Source: Octopus sinensis (Eukaryota). Taken from it: 64,000 nt of DNA. The stretch spans positions 3,658,001 through 3,722,000 of the forward strand of contig NC_043009.1 of NCBI RefSeq assembly GCF_006345805.1. Reading direction: 5' to 3'. Below are positions 1-13,390 of the stretch, in pieces. The position numbers and the translations under genes are program-made. The notes under the pieces were generated by a model. The model did no database searches. It was not told the DNA's origin and saw only the letters and a program-made list of their open reading frames with translations. Each line of letters begins with the position of its first letter. Position 1 is the first letter of the stretch.

Positions 1-41
<41 letters not shown>

Positions 42-61
42 TATTATCATCCTCCTCCTCC

Positions 62-94
<33 letters not shown>

Positions 95-1106
95 CCATAT
101 CAGATTCCGCCTGCGGCATGTGGTCAAGATATAGAAATACCTTGCTTCAAAATATATCGTTGTTTTATACACCATTATTGTGGTTCTCAACATCTTCTTT
201 TTGTCATTCTGATTCTATATTTCACTCTCATTCTTCCTAACATTATTTTTCTTAACATCGTTTTCCTTTCATGGCGGCTATTATTTCCATTTCTTGTCTT
301 ATTCTGTTTTTCTAACATATTCTATATTTATTTATCTATTTTTTCCATTATTTATTATTATTATTTTTTTTTGCTATATCTTTATTGTCTATCACTCTGC
401 TTCTGTAGCATATTTTTGCTTTAATATTTTTCTGTTTTTCTTTCTTTTTTTCATATGTCATTATCTGGGTTATTTCAGATTTTTTTCTTACACTTTTATT
501 TTTATGTGTAATTTCTTTCCTTGTTATTTTGTTTTTCTATCTACGCTTATTATATGATTTCATTTCCAATATTTTTTTACACTAAACATATTTTATCTTT
601 CTTTTGTGTACCCACGCACACTTACAAACAATCATACACACTCACTTACGCACACATAAATACGTATATACATATATATGCTTATATATTACACATAGTT
701 CTATATTTACATACATGCCCACATACATATTTGTATACTTACATACATACACACTCGCACACACACACACTTAGATATATATACATATATATGTTTCCAT
801 ATATATTATGCATACTTGTATACTTACACACATACACGCATACACACATATGAGTATGCATGCGCACACAAGTACACACACACATAAACAAACATGCGCG
901 CACACACATATATGTTTTGTTTAATATAATTTTCTATTTCTACTTTAACCCTTGCTTGGTCATGTTCGTTTATTTTCTACGATCGTATGACCAAAGTGTT
1001 TTGGATTTTCATCTGTTCCCTTATATTCAGACATAGTATATATTGGAATATATTGTTCAACGTGTCTTCTTTAGTATGACACTAGTGTGCAATAATAATA
1101 ATAATA

Positions 1107-1141
<35 letters not shown>

Positions 1142-1146
1142 TAATA

Positions 1147-1522
1147 ATTCAAACTGACAGAAAGATAGATGCAAATAGGCCAGACATCATATTGAAAGAC
1201 TTCAAACAAAGAACATGCCTCCTCATTGATATGACTGTCCCAATCGATATAAACGTATCTGTCAAGACCTTTCAAAAACTGAGCAAATATAAAGATCTTG
1301 AAATAGAAATCAGCAAAATGTGGAAGCTGAAGACTAAAACAATACCTGTTGTCATAGGTGCCCTGGGAATGATAGCAAAAGGGGCAGATAGCTACCTAAC
1401 TCAGATACCAGGAAACCCAAAAATGGCAGAAATTCAAAAGATAGTGCTCATGGGAACTGCTCATATCCTACGCAAAATACTTTCTATGTAATCTCAAGGT
1501 TTAAAACAAAACATAATTTTCG

Positions 1523-1557
<35 letters not shown>

Positions 1558-1708
1558 TTAGACATTCATTAGTACAACACCCCCACCCCCCAAATATATG
1601 GCACACTAAGCATAACAACAACATGAACTTCCAACCCTGTTGTCTCTTGAGGTCTCTGGGTGAGACTTGGAGCCAACTTGTACAAATATAAAGCAAAAGT
1701 CAAACATA

Positions 1709-1709
<1 letters not shown>
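1147..1709 (+). mobile_element. 5'-truncated R4/Dong-type (RLE-class) non-LTR retrotransposon: C-terminal restriction-like endonuclease plus 3' UTR
   Basis: Open frame IQTDRKIDANRPDIILKDFKQRTCLLIDMTVP...KLSKYKDL...KMW...IPVVIGALG...LMGTAHILRKILSM* (stop at 1491) has the RPD..D..K RLE signature. Flanked by (AAT)n on both sides (1091-1148, 1710-1776). Confidence 0.88.
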
Positions 1710-1776
<67 letters not shown>

Positions 1777-2030
1777 GTGAAATTATTGTATACAGTGCTC
1801 AGGTGCACCACAACTTATCAAAAGTGCTTATAAAGCATATGCAGTAATTTACAAATGTCTGGAAAGTGATCAGTGTATGAGTCAGATACATGCTTACGTG
1901 TGTATGGAGGGGAGAAAATCAGGTGTAGTGTAGGCGAATCTCAGGAAGCATGGAAGTTTTGAAGGATGCAGCGCTCCGACAACTAACAACTGATGTCGGC
2001 AGTTTGTTCTATACTTTAACAACTCTTAGT
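1777..2030 (-). mobile_element. CR1/L2-type LINE 3' end
   Basis: Minus strand reads RVVKV*NKLPTSVVSCRSAASFKTSML, resembling the CR1 ORF2 C-terminus (RVV..WN.LP..VV....FK), then a 3' UTR running into (ATT)n. Confidence 0.65.
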
Positions 2031-2514
2031 AACTTCGTGTTGATTTTACGACAATGTGTCGGAAATGGTGTAATCACTTGAAATTCGATATTACCGAAAT
2101 ATATTCATATTGTGTCAATGATTATACACTTGGCACAAGTTGCATGAATATTCTGATGACGAATTGTCACTTCGTATAACTGTCCAGCGTTGAGTAAAGC
2201 CGTGGGACATTCATGCCACGTTTGCTGTGCTTCTTGGTAAGGAAACTAGTCCCTCATACATCATATACTTACAGTATTTGATGCCTTTTCAAAGTGTTTT
2301 TTGACTACCCGCCACTGTAAACCATTTTACAAACTCGATAAATTAAGACACAGCTAAACTCGTGGGTTGCACACGCTTGATCTATGATCAGAAAATAAAA
2401 TGAAATACTGGAGCTCCTTAAATCTGGTGTGGATATATAGCAGGTCGTCAAGTATGAAATATGGAGAAGAGAAAAAAGTTTGCTAGTGTTTTATAAATAC
2501 AAGGAATAGTTTTA

Positions 2515-2735
2515 TTCATCAAAGTCTGCACCCATATTGTCAATAGACTTTTGCCATTTCAGTGGTAGCTTGTCCAACCCGGAACTGTAAAAGCCGGGCA
2601 ATCCAGAGTCAATAATATCTTAGAAGACCTGTTTTACAGCATCGTCGGAATTAATTTTTTTTTCCTATCAAACAGTTATTTAAATTCTGGAAGACGTGGT
2701 AGTCAGTGGGGGGGGGGCAGGATAAGGTGCGTATG
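2515..2735 (-). mobile_element. mariner transposase C-terminal remnant
   Basis: Minus strand LPYAPY..(frameshift)TDYHVFQNLNNCLIGKKINSDDAVKQVF*DIIDSGLPGFYSSGLDKLPLKWQKSIDNMGADFDE*, matching the mariner HPPYSPDLAP.DY...F...W..C...G.YF tail. Confidence 0.75.
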
Positions 2736-4270
2736 GTAGATATATGGAGACCTTAAAGATTTTCAGTAAGACCTTACGTGAAATAAAATGTGTGATCTCA
2801 ACATTGCAGATATTCAGTAAGGATACTGGGATGGAATTTGGGACTAAAATATGTGGCGTGCTTATCATAGAAAAAGGCAAAGTTAGATCGTCTGGTGGTG
2901 TAGAACTAATCAACGGCGAGAAATTCAAGGATGTTCAGTTACATGGATATAAGTATCTGAATATTTTGGAATATGAGAAAATCAAGAAGACTGAAATGGA
3001 GAAACGTTTTAGGAAAAAATATCTCAGAAGAAACAATTTAAGTTTGTGAAATGGACTCTGTAAAGAACAAATTAGGGCAATGAACACATGGGCTGTTTCC
3101 TTTATGTCATACGGCGCAAGTATCGGTAGCTGGACAAGGTACGAGCTTCAGGAAATGAATAGGAAAGCCAGGTAAGTGATGTCACTTAACAAGGAACTGC
3201 ACACAAAATCGATATTCATAGACTGTATATACCTAGAAACAAGGCCATATGGGTCGCAAGACTTGTGTTGCCACCAAAAAGGATAGTCTAGGATTGTACA
3301 TCAAGCAACAGAGTGAATCCTTGCTTGCCGCTGTTAAAAATACTAACATGACACCTACCGAAAACGTGACTGACCGAAAGACTTTTAAGAAACAAGACGA
3401 AGAAGAAAGAATAAACAACTGCAAAATGAAAAATGAAAACAATGCATTGGCGCTACCTCTGAGGAATCGAAGAGAAAGACAAGATCAACGCCCGGTGATA
3501 GTTAAGAAAATGTGATCTGAAAGGACGCACTGATTTGCAGGGCCGAAGATCAAGCTCTGAGATCTACGTAGACCGAGCTCCAAATAGATAAGAGCACTGA
3601 ATCGCATCTTGGCCGTAAGTGTGGCAGCAATAACAAAATAATCTCACATATTGTCAATGGGTGTAAGCAAGCTAGCCCAAAAGCGCTACAAAATGTAGCA
3701 GAATAACGTGGCTAATTTTATTCAGTTGAGAGTGTGGGAAAAGTATGATCTGGCCAGAGAACGGAAATGATACAAACATGAAGCAGAGGTCGTCACTGAA
3801 AACAATGAGTATAAGATCATCTGGGATTTTACAATCCACTGTCACTCCTGAATCAATTCTCGGAGACCAGTATTGCTGTAGTAGTTACGAGGAAGAAGAA
3901 AAAAAGCCATGATCATGGATATTGCTATACCTGGGGACAATGCTGGGTAGATGACAAAGATTGGGAAACGATAGAGACATACAGAATACAAAAATACGAA
4001 ATTGCAAGAATGCGGGTAAATACGAGAATAACTGTTATATCAGAAGTTGTAGGAGCACACAGAACACTAACCACCAGGTTCGAGAAATATATCAGAGAAA
4101 ATCGAATTGACATGATGGTAGAGCAGGCTCAAATAACCTGCTCTGCTGGGTGTTGGTTGTCTTCGGCGATAAGATGACTTGTTAGTATCAAAGCTTATAA
4201 TTTCCGAGAAGAGACACTGTGAGACCCCGGACAACAAGTTGCTGTCTACTCTCACAGAATCAACCAAAGC
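2736..4270 (+). pseudogene. Degenerate R4/Dong-type LINE: RT C-terminus, zinc knuckle, RLE domain, 3' UTR
   Basis: YMETLKIFSK (decayed YMDDLK), GMEFGTKICGVL, GYKYLNILE, AMNTWAV, RLYIPR, knuckle remnant RKCG..ISHIVNGC, IIWDF, RRP..MDIAIPGD; many stops and frameshifts. Confidence 0.85.
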
Positions 4271-4289
4271 AAGTAAAAAAGAGAATTCT

Positions 4290-4540
4290 GTGGAGTAGAA
4301 TAATTATAATGTATCCCTGTAGTTATAGGTCTGTTAAGATCTATTCCTAAGCATTTGAAGAAATGGATAGAAGAAACAGGCATAGAAGATAGTTTAGTGT
4401 AGTTCCAGGAATCAGTATTATTGGGAACAGCTAGGATACTTGGGAAGGTTTTTGGCGTCTAAAGTTTACTGTTGTAGACCAATGTTAGGAATTTTTTTCC
4501 TACACTCTAATCTGTTCTGCATAAATGAAATGATATTAAT
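4290..4540 (+). mobile_element. Third R4-type LINE 3' fragment
   Basis: Decayed PVVIG..SIPKHLKKWIEETG....FQESVLLGTARILGKVFGV*, then a short 3' UTR ending in (AAT)n at about 4537-4573. Confidence 0.75.
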
Positions 4541-5103
4541 AATAATAATAATGATAATAATAATAATAATGATAATTGACGACGACGATGATGATGTTGG
4601 TGATGATGATGATATTGATAAGGATGATGATGATGGCAAAAAGAAGAAGAACAACAAGAAGAAAAAGAACAAAACAAAAACAAGAAAAGCAACACCAACA
4701 ATAATAATGATAAATTGCAATAATGCTAATGATAAAAAAAATAAGGAGGCTGAATTCCTGAAATTTAAAATAAGAAGACGACGTAGAGAGCCTGAGCTGT
4801 AACGGCGGCACATTGTCTGGAAGCATGCTGATCTCATCTTGATCATCACGGCGATTATGAAACTGGGAGGTTGTTTTTAAGAACGGGTCTACTTATGGGA
4901 AAGTAAACTTCATTCGAAAGATCTCATGAGGAGCTGTTCCTGCTGCAACAGCGTGCAGTCGTGGTAATTGCATTCTGATTTCGAAATTGAGAAGTGTATG
5001 AGAATATGCAAGTAAACAGGTATGAGTATTTGCACATACATAAATGCATACATACATTCATGCATATACATATACATACATACATACTTACATATATATA
5101 TGT

Positions 5104-5142
<39 letters not shown>

Positions 5143-5509
5143 ATGATGCGCACAAAAGGTAAATGTTGTGTTGAGATAGATATGAAGATAAAAATAGTCA
5201 CTGATACGATAAATAAAGAGTATGTCACTTGTGCTTTCAAAGTATAACAATAAAATAGTACAAATAAACACACATTTATGCGTAAGTGTGTGTTTATTTC
5301 TATGTGCGTGTAATAAACAAATATATGTATGTATGTGTATGCATGTGTATATATATATAAAGATGAGTGTATTTTTACCTTGTTAACAATTAAGACTTGT
5401 GAGTGGATTTGGTAGACAGAAACTGAAAGAAGCCCGTCGAATATATGGCAAAGGTAGTGTAAAGTACTAACTTATTCTTTTCTACTCCAGTCGCGAGGCC
5501 CGAAATTTT

Positions 5510-6512
5510 GGGGGAACGGTCCAGTATATGGAGGATGTGGTAAAACCTCGTATCCAAAGTCCGTTAGTTCATGCTTCATCATTCTTGCAACATGTGGCTT
5601 TGCATTATCGTGGAAAAGAATTGGGCCACACCAATTCACCAATGCAGGTCTCATTTTTTTCAAGTGACCGTGCATTTCAGTATTTTGATTTCAGTATGCT
5701 CTAATTGGCTTCCAGAAAACTGTAACGGACAACACAAATTGCAGAGAAACAGACAGTCACCATAATCTATTGCTGATGCAAATTTAGCTTTCGGAAATGT
5801 TTGGGATTTCATCATGATCAAACCATTGACCTGATCGTTTACTGTTATCATAAAGGATCCATTTTTCGTCACAAGTGACTATTCGGTCAAGAAAAGATCG
5901 GTGGTGTTTCGCAGAAAGAGAATCGAGCGTACTTTAAAGCACCAAACCTTTTGATTTTCATTGAGCTTATGCGGTACCCATTTATCCAACTTTTTCACCT
6001 GACCAATCTTCTGCAGATTGCGTGAGACCGTTGCAATACCGACACCAAGTGCCTGAGACATTTCTCCGACACTTTGACGTGGGTTTTGTTCAACAATTGC
6101 TATCGATTGTTATTTATCAAGACTGCATGACCGACATCTACCTTCTTCATCTTCAAGGCTCTCATCAACAAAACCGAATTTATGAAACCACCTTCGTACT
6201 GTGGACCCTTCCCCAATGCTGTGTTGATATTGGAAGCAGTTTGGGAGGCATTTTACCCAAGCTTGAACTCATGCAAGAAAAGTAAGCGATGGTCCTTTTT
6301 TGTCATGTTCATAATTAAGGGAGCCTCTGCTTCAAGAATGTTTTCTGTCTGAAATAAGCAGAAAATTATTAAGGAGCATACATCAATGATTAAGTATGTC
6401 GACATTCACCTGAAATATAATTAAAATACAATGATAAACTTGCGTTTCAAAACACAACACTTGGAGCAGCCATTATTTTCTCTAACATTTAAACAGCAAA
6501 AACGGCATTGCT
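5510..6512 (-). mobile_element. Degenerate mariner (Hsmar1/cecropia-like) element, 3'-truncated
   Basis: ATG at 6306: MTKKDHRLLFLHEFKLG*...TVRRWF...WVPHKL...VTCDEKWILYDN...LFHDNAKPHVA...YEVLPHPPY. TIR-like AACAGCAAAAACGGCA at about 6492-6508. Broken after HPPY by a SINE-tail fragment at 5475-5520. Confidence 0.9.
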
Positions 6513-6939
6513 AATCGAAGTTTTATTAAATAAAGAACGGATGCTTGCGTGTAAGATAACATTCAGTTTAACAACAGGGAAGAATACGACAAACTGTATC
6601 GGAGTCAGTACTGGATTAGAATTTTATCGATACCGGATCAAGTGTCAATCCGATCTTGACGTAAGTGTAAGTATTTCGTAAAATAATTTACGAAAACACT
6701 GCACTACTATATATTGTATTAGTACAGAAAAAAAGCTAATAATGGTGAGGATAATCTTTGATATATACTGCTATTCCGGTAGTATTTTATTTTTTACAGG
6801 TTCACTTTGAAAGGAATTGAAATCAGAATCTGATGAGAAGAAATAAAATACCTCAAGTAATCTTCTCAGAAATTCTAAAAGGTGTGCCGAGTCACCGTCT
6901 TCAATGTAAGGTGTCATTTCAGAATGAAGAATTGTATGT

Positions 6940-7013
6940 ATATATGTGTATGAATATATATATATATTATATATATATATATAATATTATATATATATAT
7001 ATATATTATATAT

Positions 7014-7098
<85 letters not shown>

Positions 7099-7133
7099 AA
7101 CATGCATATTAATAGAGAGACAGACAGACAGAC

Positions 7134-7219
<86 letters not shown>

Positions 7220-7342
7220 ATGGTTGGATAGATGGACGGATGGATGTTTGTTTCTACCTATGTATAAATACACAGATATGATCATATATATGTGTGTGTG
7301 TATGTGTCTGTGTGTGTCTGTGTGTTTATGTATGTATGAGTC

Positions 7343-7403
<61 letters not shown>

Positions 7404-7430
7404 TTATACTTGTACGTGTGTATGCATTAA
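6940..7430. repeat. Compound microsatellite (TA)n/(TG)n/(AGAT)n
   Basis: Directly visible. Confidence 0.95.
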
Positions 7431-8681
7431 TATAAATACATACGTGTGTATGCATTAATATAAATATATACGTGTGTATGTATAAATGTATACGCATGCA
7501 TGTATGCACACACGCAGACACACATTGTGTATCCAATATATTCCAATAATAAGGACCGTGTTCATGTTGGGTACACAAAACCGGGTGGCTTATTAACAAA
7601 ACTATGTGCAATTACATTTGCGTTCGCCAGAATGTAATAACAATTGCATCACCACAACCGGTGCCGTTGTTTCCTCCGCTATCACAAGAACCACCTACAC
7701 AATTACCGCCTCCACCGCCACTGCAACCACCACCACCAACAACAACATCGTCATCACCACCAACGACAATACATTCTTCTTTAGATTGACTTTTCGCGCC
7801 GTGATTCAAACCCATTGTTTTTCCCCCTCGCCGAATAATGAAAAAAACAAAATTCACAAATCTGTTTTCTAATCTTTTATATAAGCTTTATTGATATATT
7901 TTATATTTTTCCCTCTGATAGCTTCTCGATATTCATTGTTTATTTAGGTTTTCTTAATTTCGTTTTGACTTCATAAATCTCGGTTCCTTGAATACGAAAA
8001 CTAAACCTCAGGGTATTCTAATATGTTTCGGCAACACATTGGCTGGTATTCAATGGCCATTATACTCACTTCATCATGCATCATGCACGGCTGAATATAT
8101 CCGTAAAAAATTACCTCCAATGTCTTCAACCCCACAAAAGAGGTCCTTTATGAATAAAATAAACCCCACAATTTCTTTTTCTCCGATTTTTTTCTGTGTT
8201 CATCTTTTAAAGACCAGTTTGCCGTACGTAATCAGAATTCGTATGTCTCAGCGCATTCTTTCAAAATAAGGATAATGTCCACCTAATCACAACAATGATA
8301 AATGAAGACTATTTAGGTTTTATACTGTATATTCTTTAGTTGCGATTATTAAATTCGTATTATTTTTTAAATAATCATTCAAACGTTAAATTTCAATTCC
8401 ATTAAAACCGTTGTGTTGGCGCATTCTCTTAAGATATTTTTTTTTAAAACACATCACAAACAAATATGGTACGGGTATATTGCCAAGGTTATTGTGTACA
8501 AAGTGTGTATGATTTTAAAACTATAAATTTATGCGATGCGTATGTGTGAGAATGCGTATACTCACTCCTGTGTGAGATCTGCATGCGTCTCTCTCTCTCT
8601 CTCTCTGTATATATATATGTGTGTGTGTGTGTGTGTACATATCTCCAACATACACTCACAGACACACACACACACACACAC

Positions 8682-8745
<64 letters not shown>

Positions 8746-9929
8746 TACATGTATATATTCACACGCTTACACACGCGTTTGCATGGGCAAGTGGAAGAAA
8801 GGAATCCGTGGAATACATGAAATACAATGTGTCAGCTTATTCGCAGCACAGTTTATCCTTCCATCGTTTCTCCGATTTTCCCGTCTACAATTTTCTTCTC
8901 TACTGAAATATAAATACACACACAGGCACAGGCACACGCATACAAACATACCCACATCAACACCACCATTACCACCACACCCTTACAATAATATTTTGTG
9001 CCTTTCATGAAATGTGAACATTTTCTAACCCCCAATAAATTGTTGATATTAAGTTATGTTACAAAAGTAAATAAACTTGGAATTTATACTTTCCAAAATA
9101 TTAATTTATTCAATTTGTCTCCAGAAATTTCGTAATGCATTTACTTGGCAGATTTTACGCAAATCTTGATGTCGTGTCTTAAGGTTTGTCTCTTTCCAGG
9201 CAGGTTTCTCATGGATTGAAATCACCTTGGGAATTGGAAATAATGAAATATTTTGAGACTGATTCTTGTGGAGGATAACATACAACGCCCACAATGAAGA
9301 AAACATTGAGTGAGTCTTAAAGGAAATGGCACCCAGTTAGTTCCATGAATTTGAAGGTGTTGCTTTCGACGATGGTATCTCCTATTCAAATCTTCTCGGG
9401 CAGTCTTATGATGAAATGCATTTCAGCCAAAATCAACTCGTACCTTTTTTTTTATATAGACATTTTATGTAGGACTACATTTAAGCTATATGGTCTTGTA
9501 TTTTCAATGTCGTTGTACAAAATATTTTGGTGACCCCCAAACTAATGTATATATACGCTAAACCGGGGAAAATTGTTGTGCCTCTCTACATGATTTGTGA
9601 CTGACGGCCGTCCTGCCTTCACCTCCCACTACACGTCTTTGCAAGACGAGTATGTTGGGTATTTATTTGCTCTTTTTAGAAACTTCGAGTGTCCAACGAG
9701 AGGAGATAGAAGGTAAATACAATTTCTGCATTCGGTTGCATTTGAAGAATATTGTACGACGTTTTTGAATGAAACTCTGCCGATCAGTTAAATATTTGGT
9801 ATTGAATGTGGTCAACAATATGTAGGAACTTATAACGATTCATATATCCCTGATACATGAGAAATATTACAGTGTCAGCTATTTTAAAATTTTATAGCCA
9901 CAGAAAATTTTGCAGCTTTTTGCAAAAAT

Positions 9930-10036
9930 GAGTAACGCTGCGATGGACTGGCGTCCCGTCCAGCTGGGAAACACATACGCTATAGAAACCGGGAAACCGG
10001 GCCCATGAGCCTGGTTAGGCTTTAAAAGGGTGCATA
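9930..10036 (+). mobile_element. 3' half of the V/Meta-like SINE family
   Basis: Matches the 3' half of the copy at 11791-12090 (GAGTAACGCTGCGATGGACTGGCGTCCCGTCCAG...GAAACCGGGAAACCGGG). Confidence 0.8.
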
Positions 10037-11049
10037 TACTGATATAAAGGGAAATGGGAATGAGTAGTGAAGTAACAGATACAGTAGAATTTAGGGCCTT
10101 GCAATAGTTAGGAAATTTCTTTACGCACTGAGTTTAAATTGGGAAACGTTTAATTATTTCTAGTTTGAAGAAATAATTTCCAATTACACATCGATGGTCA
10201 CTTTAACCAATTCTAGTCTGCCTAAAACATGCTTTATTGTGCCAGGTTATTGAGGTAAATGGTATGCAGACCCAAAGAGCGGTGATAGAATTTTTTAATC
10301 GTCGAATGAACCGCTGAGCATATTAACATGTATCTTTCCGTTCTGAGTTTAACATTTAACATCATTTAACATTTATTTTTCCACGTTTAATAAATAAAAT
10401 AATGAACCCTAATACATGTGACGAATTTGATTGACTACATATTTCCAATTTCAAATAAATGTTTGTTTTATGATATTATAATAGAAATATTATTGGTAGT
10501 ATTAATAATATTATGTTGTCATAGCAATATCAAAAATTAACGAAAACATTTAAGCTTTAGAAATAGCAAGAAACATATTTAAGAGGTATTTTTAATAATA
10601 AATGTGATAGCTAAAAGGAAGAAGCCCTTTTGAAATATCGAATACATAAGTGAATGCTACTTGTTACAAATATAAGAATATTATCCCATTGTTTAGCCTG
10701 GTGTGTGAAACAAGAATATAACACGATATTTTCTTCTTCTAATACAATAGAAAGAGACAAATTTCATAGAATAGAAGAAAATGTATCAATCAAATTTCTG
10801 CAGAAAGAAGAAAATATATAAATCTCACATTGACAACTCTAGACGAAGGAAGACGTGGGGCCTAAATCATGCAATAAATACTCGGAGATTGCCACTGTTT
10901 TCCCTTATACTGTTTATTCGAAGTATTCTATTGCCTTTTATTTTCTAGTTACAAAATGACCAAATACAATGTCGATCTTGAAAGTGTTTGAAATCAGAAA
11001 GTATTACTCTATTGTATGGCTTTCTCTCGCTGATTTTACGATTCATATT

Positions 11050-11535
11050 CATCATCATCATCATGGCTCGGCTTCGCGAACGAAGATCAGGAAGGCTGTC
11101 CACGTCGCGTGTATGCACGCTCATGACTGACAAGTCCGATATGAGAAAGGCAGGTCCGTGAGCAGTGTCCACAGACGATGGTAACATCCCGTGTGGTGTC
11201 AGAGGCGGCTCGCGCCTTCCTCCTGCGTCTCTTGTCTTTAAGCGCGTCTCTTCTTTGTTCCTCAAACTCGGTGACTACGTTGCAGATCGTGTGGCTCCAG
11301 GCATCACGGTCTGCAGCATGGTCTGACCAGCATTGGTGGTCAATATGACATGCTGTTAGAGATCCCCAGCATTGAAGCCATGCTACTGAAGTCCCACCTC
11401 CGATGGGCAGGGCATGTCTCCAGAATGAAGAACCATCGCCTTCCTAAGATTGCTCTGTTTGGCAAACTCTCCACCGGCCACCGTGTGAGAGGAGTTCCGA
11501 AGAAGCACTACAAAGACTGCCTCAAGAAGTCTCTA
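11050..11535 (-). mobile_element. RTE-clade LINE 3' end with 5' inversion and 12-bp TSD
   Basis: 11050-11362 (-): SLTACHIDHQCWSDHAADRDAW...CGHCSRTCLSHIGLVSHE*, 3' UTR and (ATG)n tail. 11358-11535 (+): EIPSIEAMLLKSHLRWAGHVSRM..HRLPK..KDCLKKSL. TSD ACGATTCATATT at 11038-11049 and 11536-11547. Confidence 0.9.
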
Positions 11536-11790
11536 ACGATTCATATTATTTCACTGTTAAATATGCAATTTTAGGTTACTCGTTGTCTTCCGCTGTTATA
11601 CTCCATTATGGACTTTCATGTGCTGCTATATATGATCCATTGCTTGTAAGAATATTCTATTTTTATATAGACATAAAATCCGATGTATGCGTATAGCTGA
11701 ATTATTTAAGGCATGGAATCCAAAATAAGCCAGCCGAAACATCTAAATTCCCCTCATTTCAAATCTTTAATAATACTAATTTATCATGTA

Positions 11791-12090
11791 GAGGCGCAAT
11801 GGCCCAGTGGTTAGGGCAGCGAACTCGCGTTCTGAGGATCGCGGTTTCGATTCCCAGACCGGGTGTTGTGTGTGTTTATTGAGCGAAAACACCTAAAGCT
11901 CCACTCTCCGGCAAGGGGTGGTGGCGACACCTATTGTATTCTTTCGGCCCCAATTTCTCTCACTCTTTCTTCCTGTTTCTTGAGTAACGCTGCGATGGAC
12001 TGGCGTCCCGTCCAGCAGGGGGAGAACACAAACTCCACAGAAACCGGGAAACCGGGTCCATGAGCCTGGCCAGGCTTGAAAAGGGCGAAA
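11791..12090 (+). mobile_element. tRNA-derived SINE with V-domain/Meta-like 3' body
   Basis: A box TGGCCCAGTGG, B box GGTTTCGATTCCC, block GCTGCGATGGACTGGCGTCCCGTCCAG. Related pieces at 9930 and 34043. Confidence 0.85.
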
Positions 12091-12658
12091 AAGAATTTAT
12101 CATAATGTCTTATATATTGTCGCTGAATACATCTGCCTAGAGTACATTTCGTACACTGCGAATCATATAAATGTCGCAGCAATGGACTTAATGCCTTCAG
12201 TCATATCTCGAAACTAGCTACAGGTACGTAGACGTAGAAAGATTATCACTTGCATTAAGAATAAGCTGTTATATTTGTTTACTGAACAGGTGACAGAATA
12301 TTAGTTGTTTTACGTCATGCCAAACCGGATGCGCCAATTTTAGATCAAAAACATAATAATCGTGACTTACGTACCGTGAAAGATATTAAGAAACAGCTGT
12401 CGGGAGAATGAATCTTCCTAAATCTGTGTTATGACAAAAATAGCAGCAACAACTTGAAAGCAAATATGATAATTAAATACCTATACATATAAACAAACGC
12501 GCGCGCGTGTATACTTACGCACATGCGTAATTACAGAAATACATTCTATACGATATATGCCTAAACTGGATTATACTATAATACTATAAACATAAAAATA
12601 CATATATACTCTGTATACGTATAAATACATAAGTTCATACACACATATATATATATGC

Positions 12659-12697
<39 letters not shown>

Positions 12698-12773
12698 TAT
12701 ACATATATTAGGGGTGTTCATTAAAGGTTTCCTTCGACCTCGTATATATACATACACAGACGCACACACACAT

Positions 12774-12847
<74 letters not shown>

Positions 12848-12855
12848 ATATTTTA

Positions 12856-13060
12856 TTTGTTTCAGTAATTTGACGGCGGCAATGCTGGAGCACTGCCTTT
12901 TAGTCCTAGAAATTGACCCTAGGGCGTATTCTTTGTATGATTGGCCTCTATGGCAGAACCACTAAGTTATAGTGATATAAACACACCCAAATCGATTGTC
13001 AACCGATGGCGGCGGGACAAACACAGGCGGAAAGACACCCGTAAATTCACACATACGTAC

Positions 13061-13104
<44 letters not shown>

Positions 13105-13246
13105 GAAGTGCTTCAAATCCACTTACAAGGCTTTGTTTGGCCCGAGGCTATAATAGAAGATACTTCTATCTTAGGTGCCTCATAGTAGGACTGAACCTGG
13201 AACCACGTCGTCGGGAAGCAAGCTTCTTACCACACATCCATGCCTA
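12856..13246 (-). mobile_element. tRNA-derived CORE-like SINE (diverged) with internal (TA)n
   Basis: Same head and tail as the copies at 21621, 24633, 25267, 30767 and 46792. Confidence 0.8.
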
Positions 13247-13339
13247 TGTATGTGTGTGTGTGTGTGCGTGTGTGCGTGTGTGTGAGCATGTGCGTGTGTG
13301 TATACATGTATATATATATGTGTGTATATATATATGTAT

Positions 13340-13390
<51 letters not shown>

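Noticed and set aside
6801-6860. Strong plus-strand splice acceptor at about 6800
   Set aside because: All three frames hit stops within 40 nt and no convincing donor follows.
11791-11870. tRNA genes at SINE heads (also 21621, 24201, 24633, 34043, 34578, 46792)
   Set aside because: A and B boxes are present but there is no complete cloverleaf, and each continues into a SINE body.
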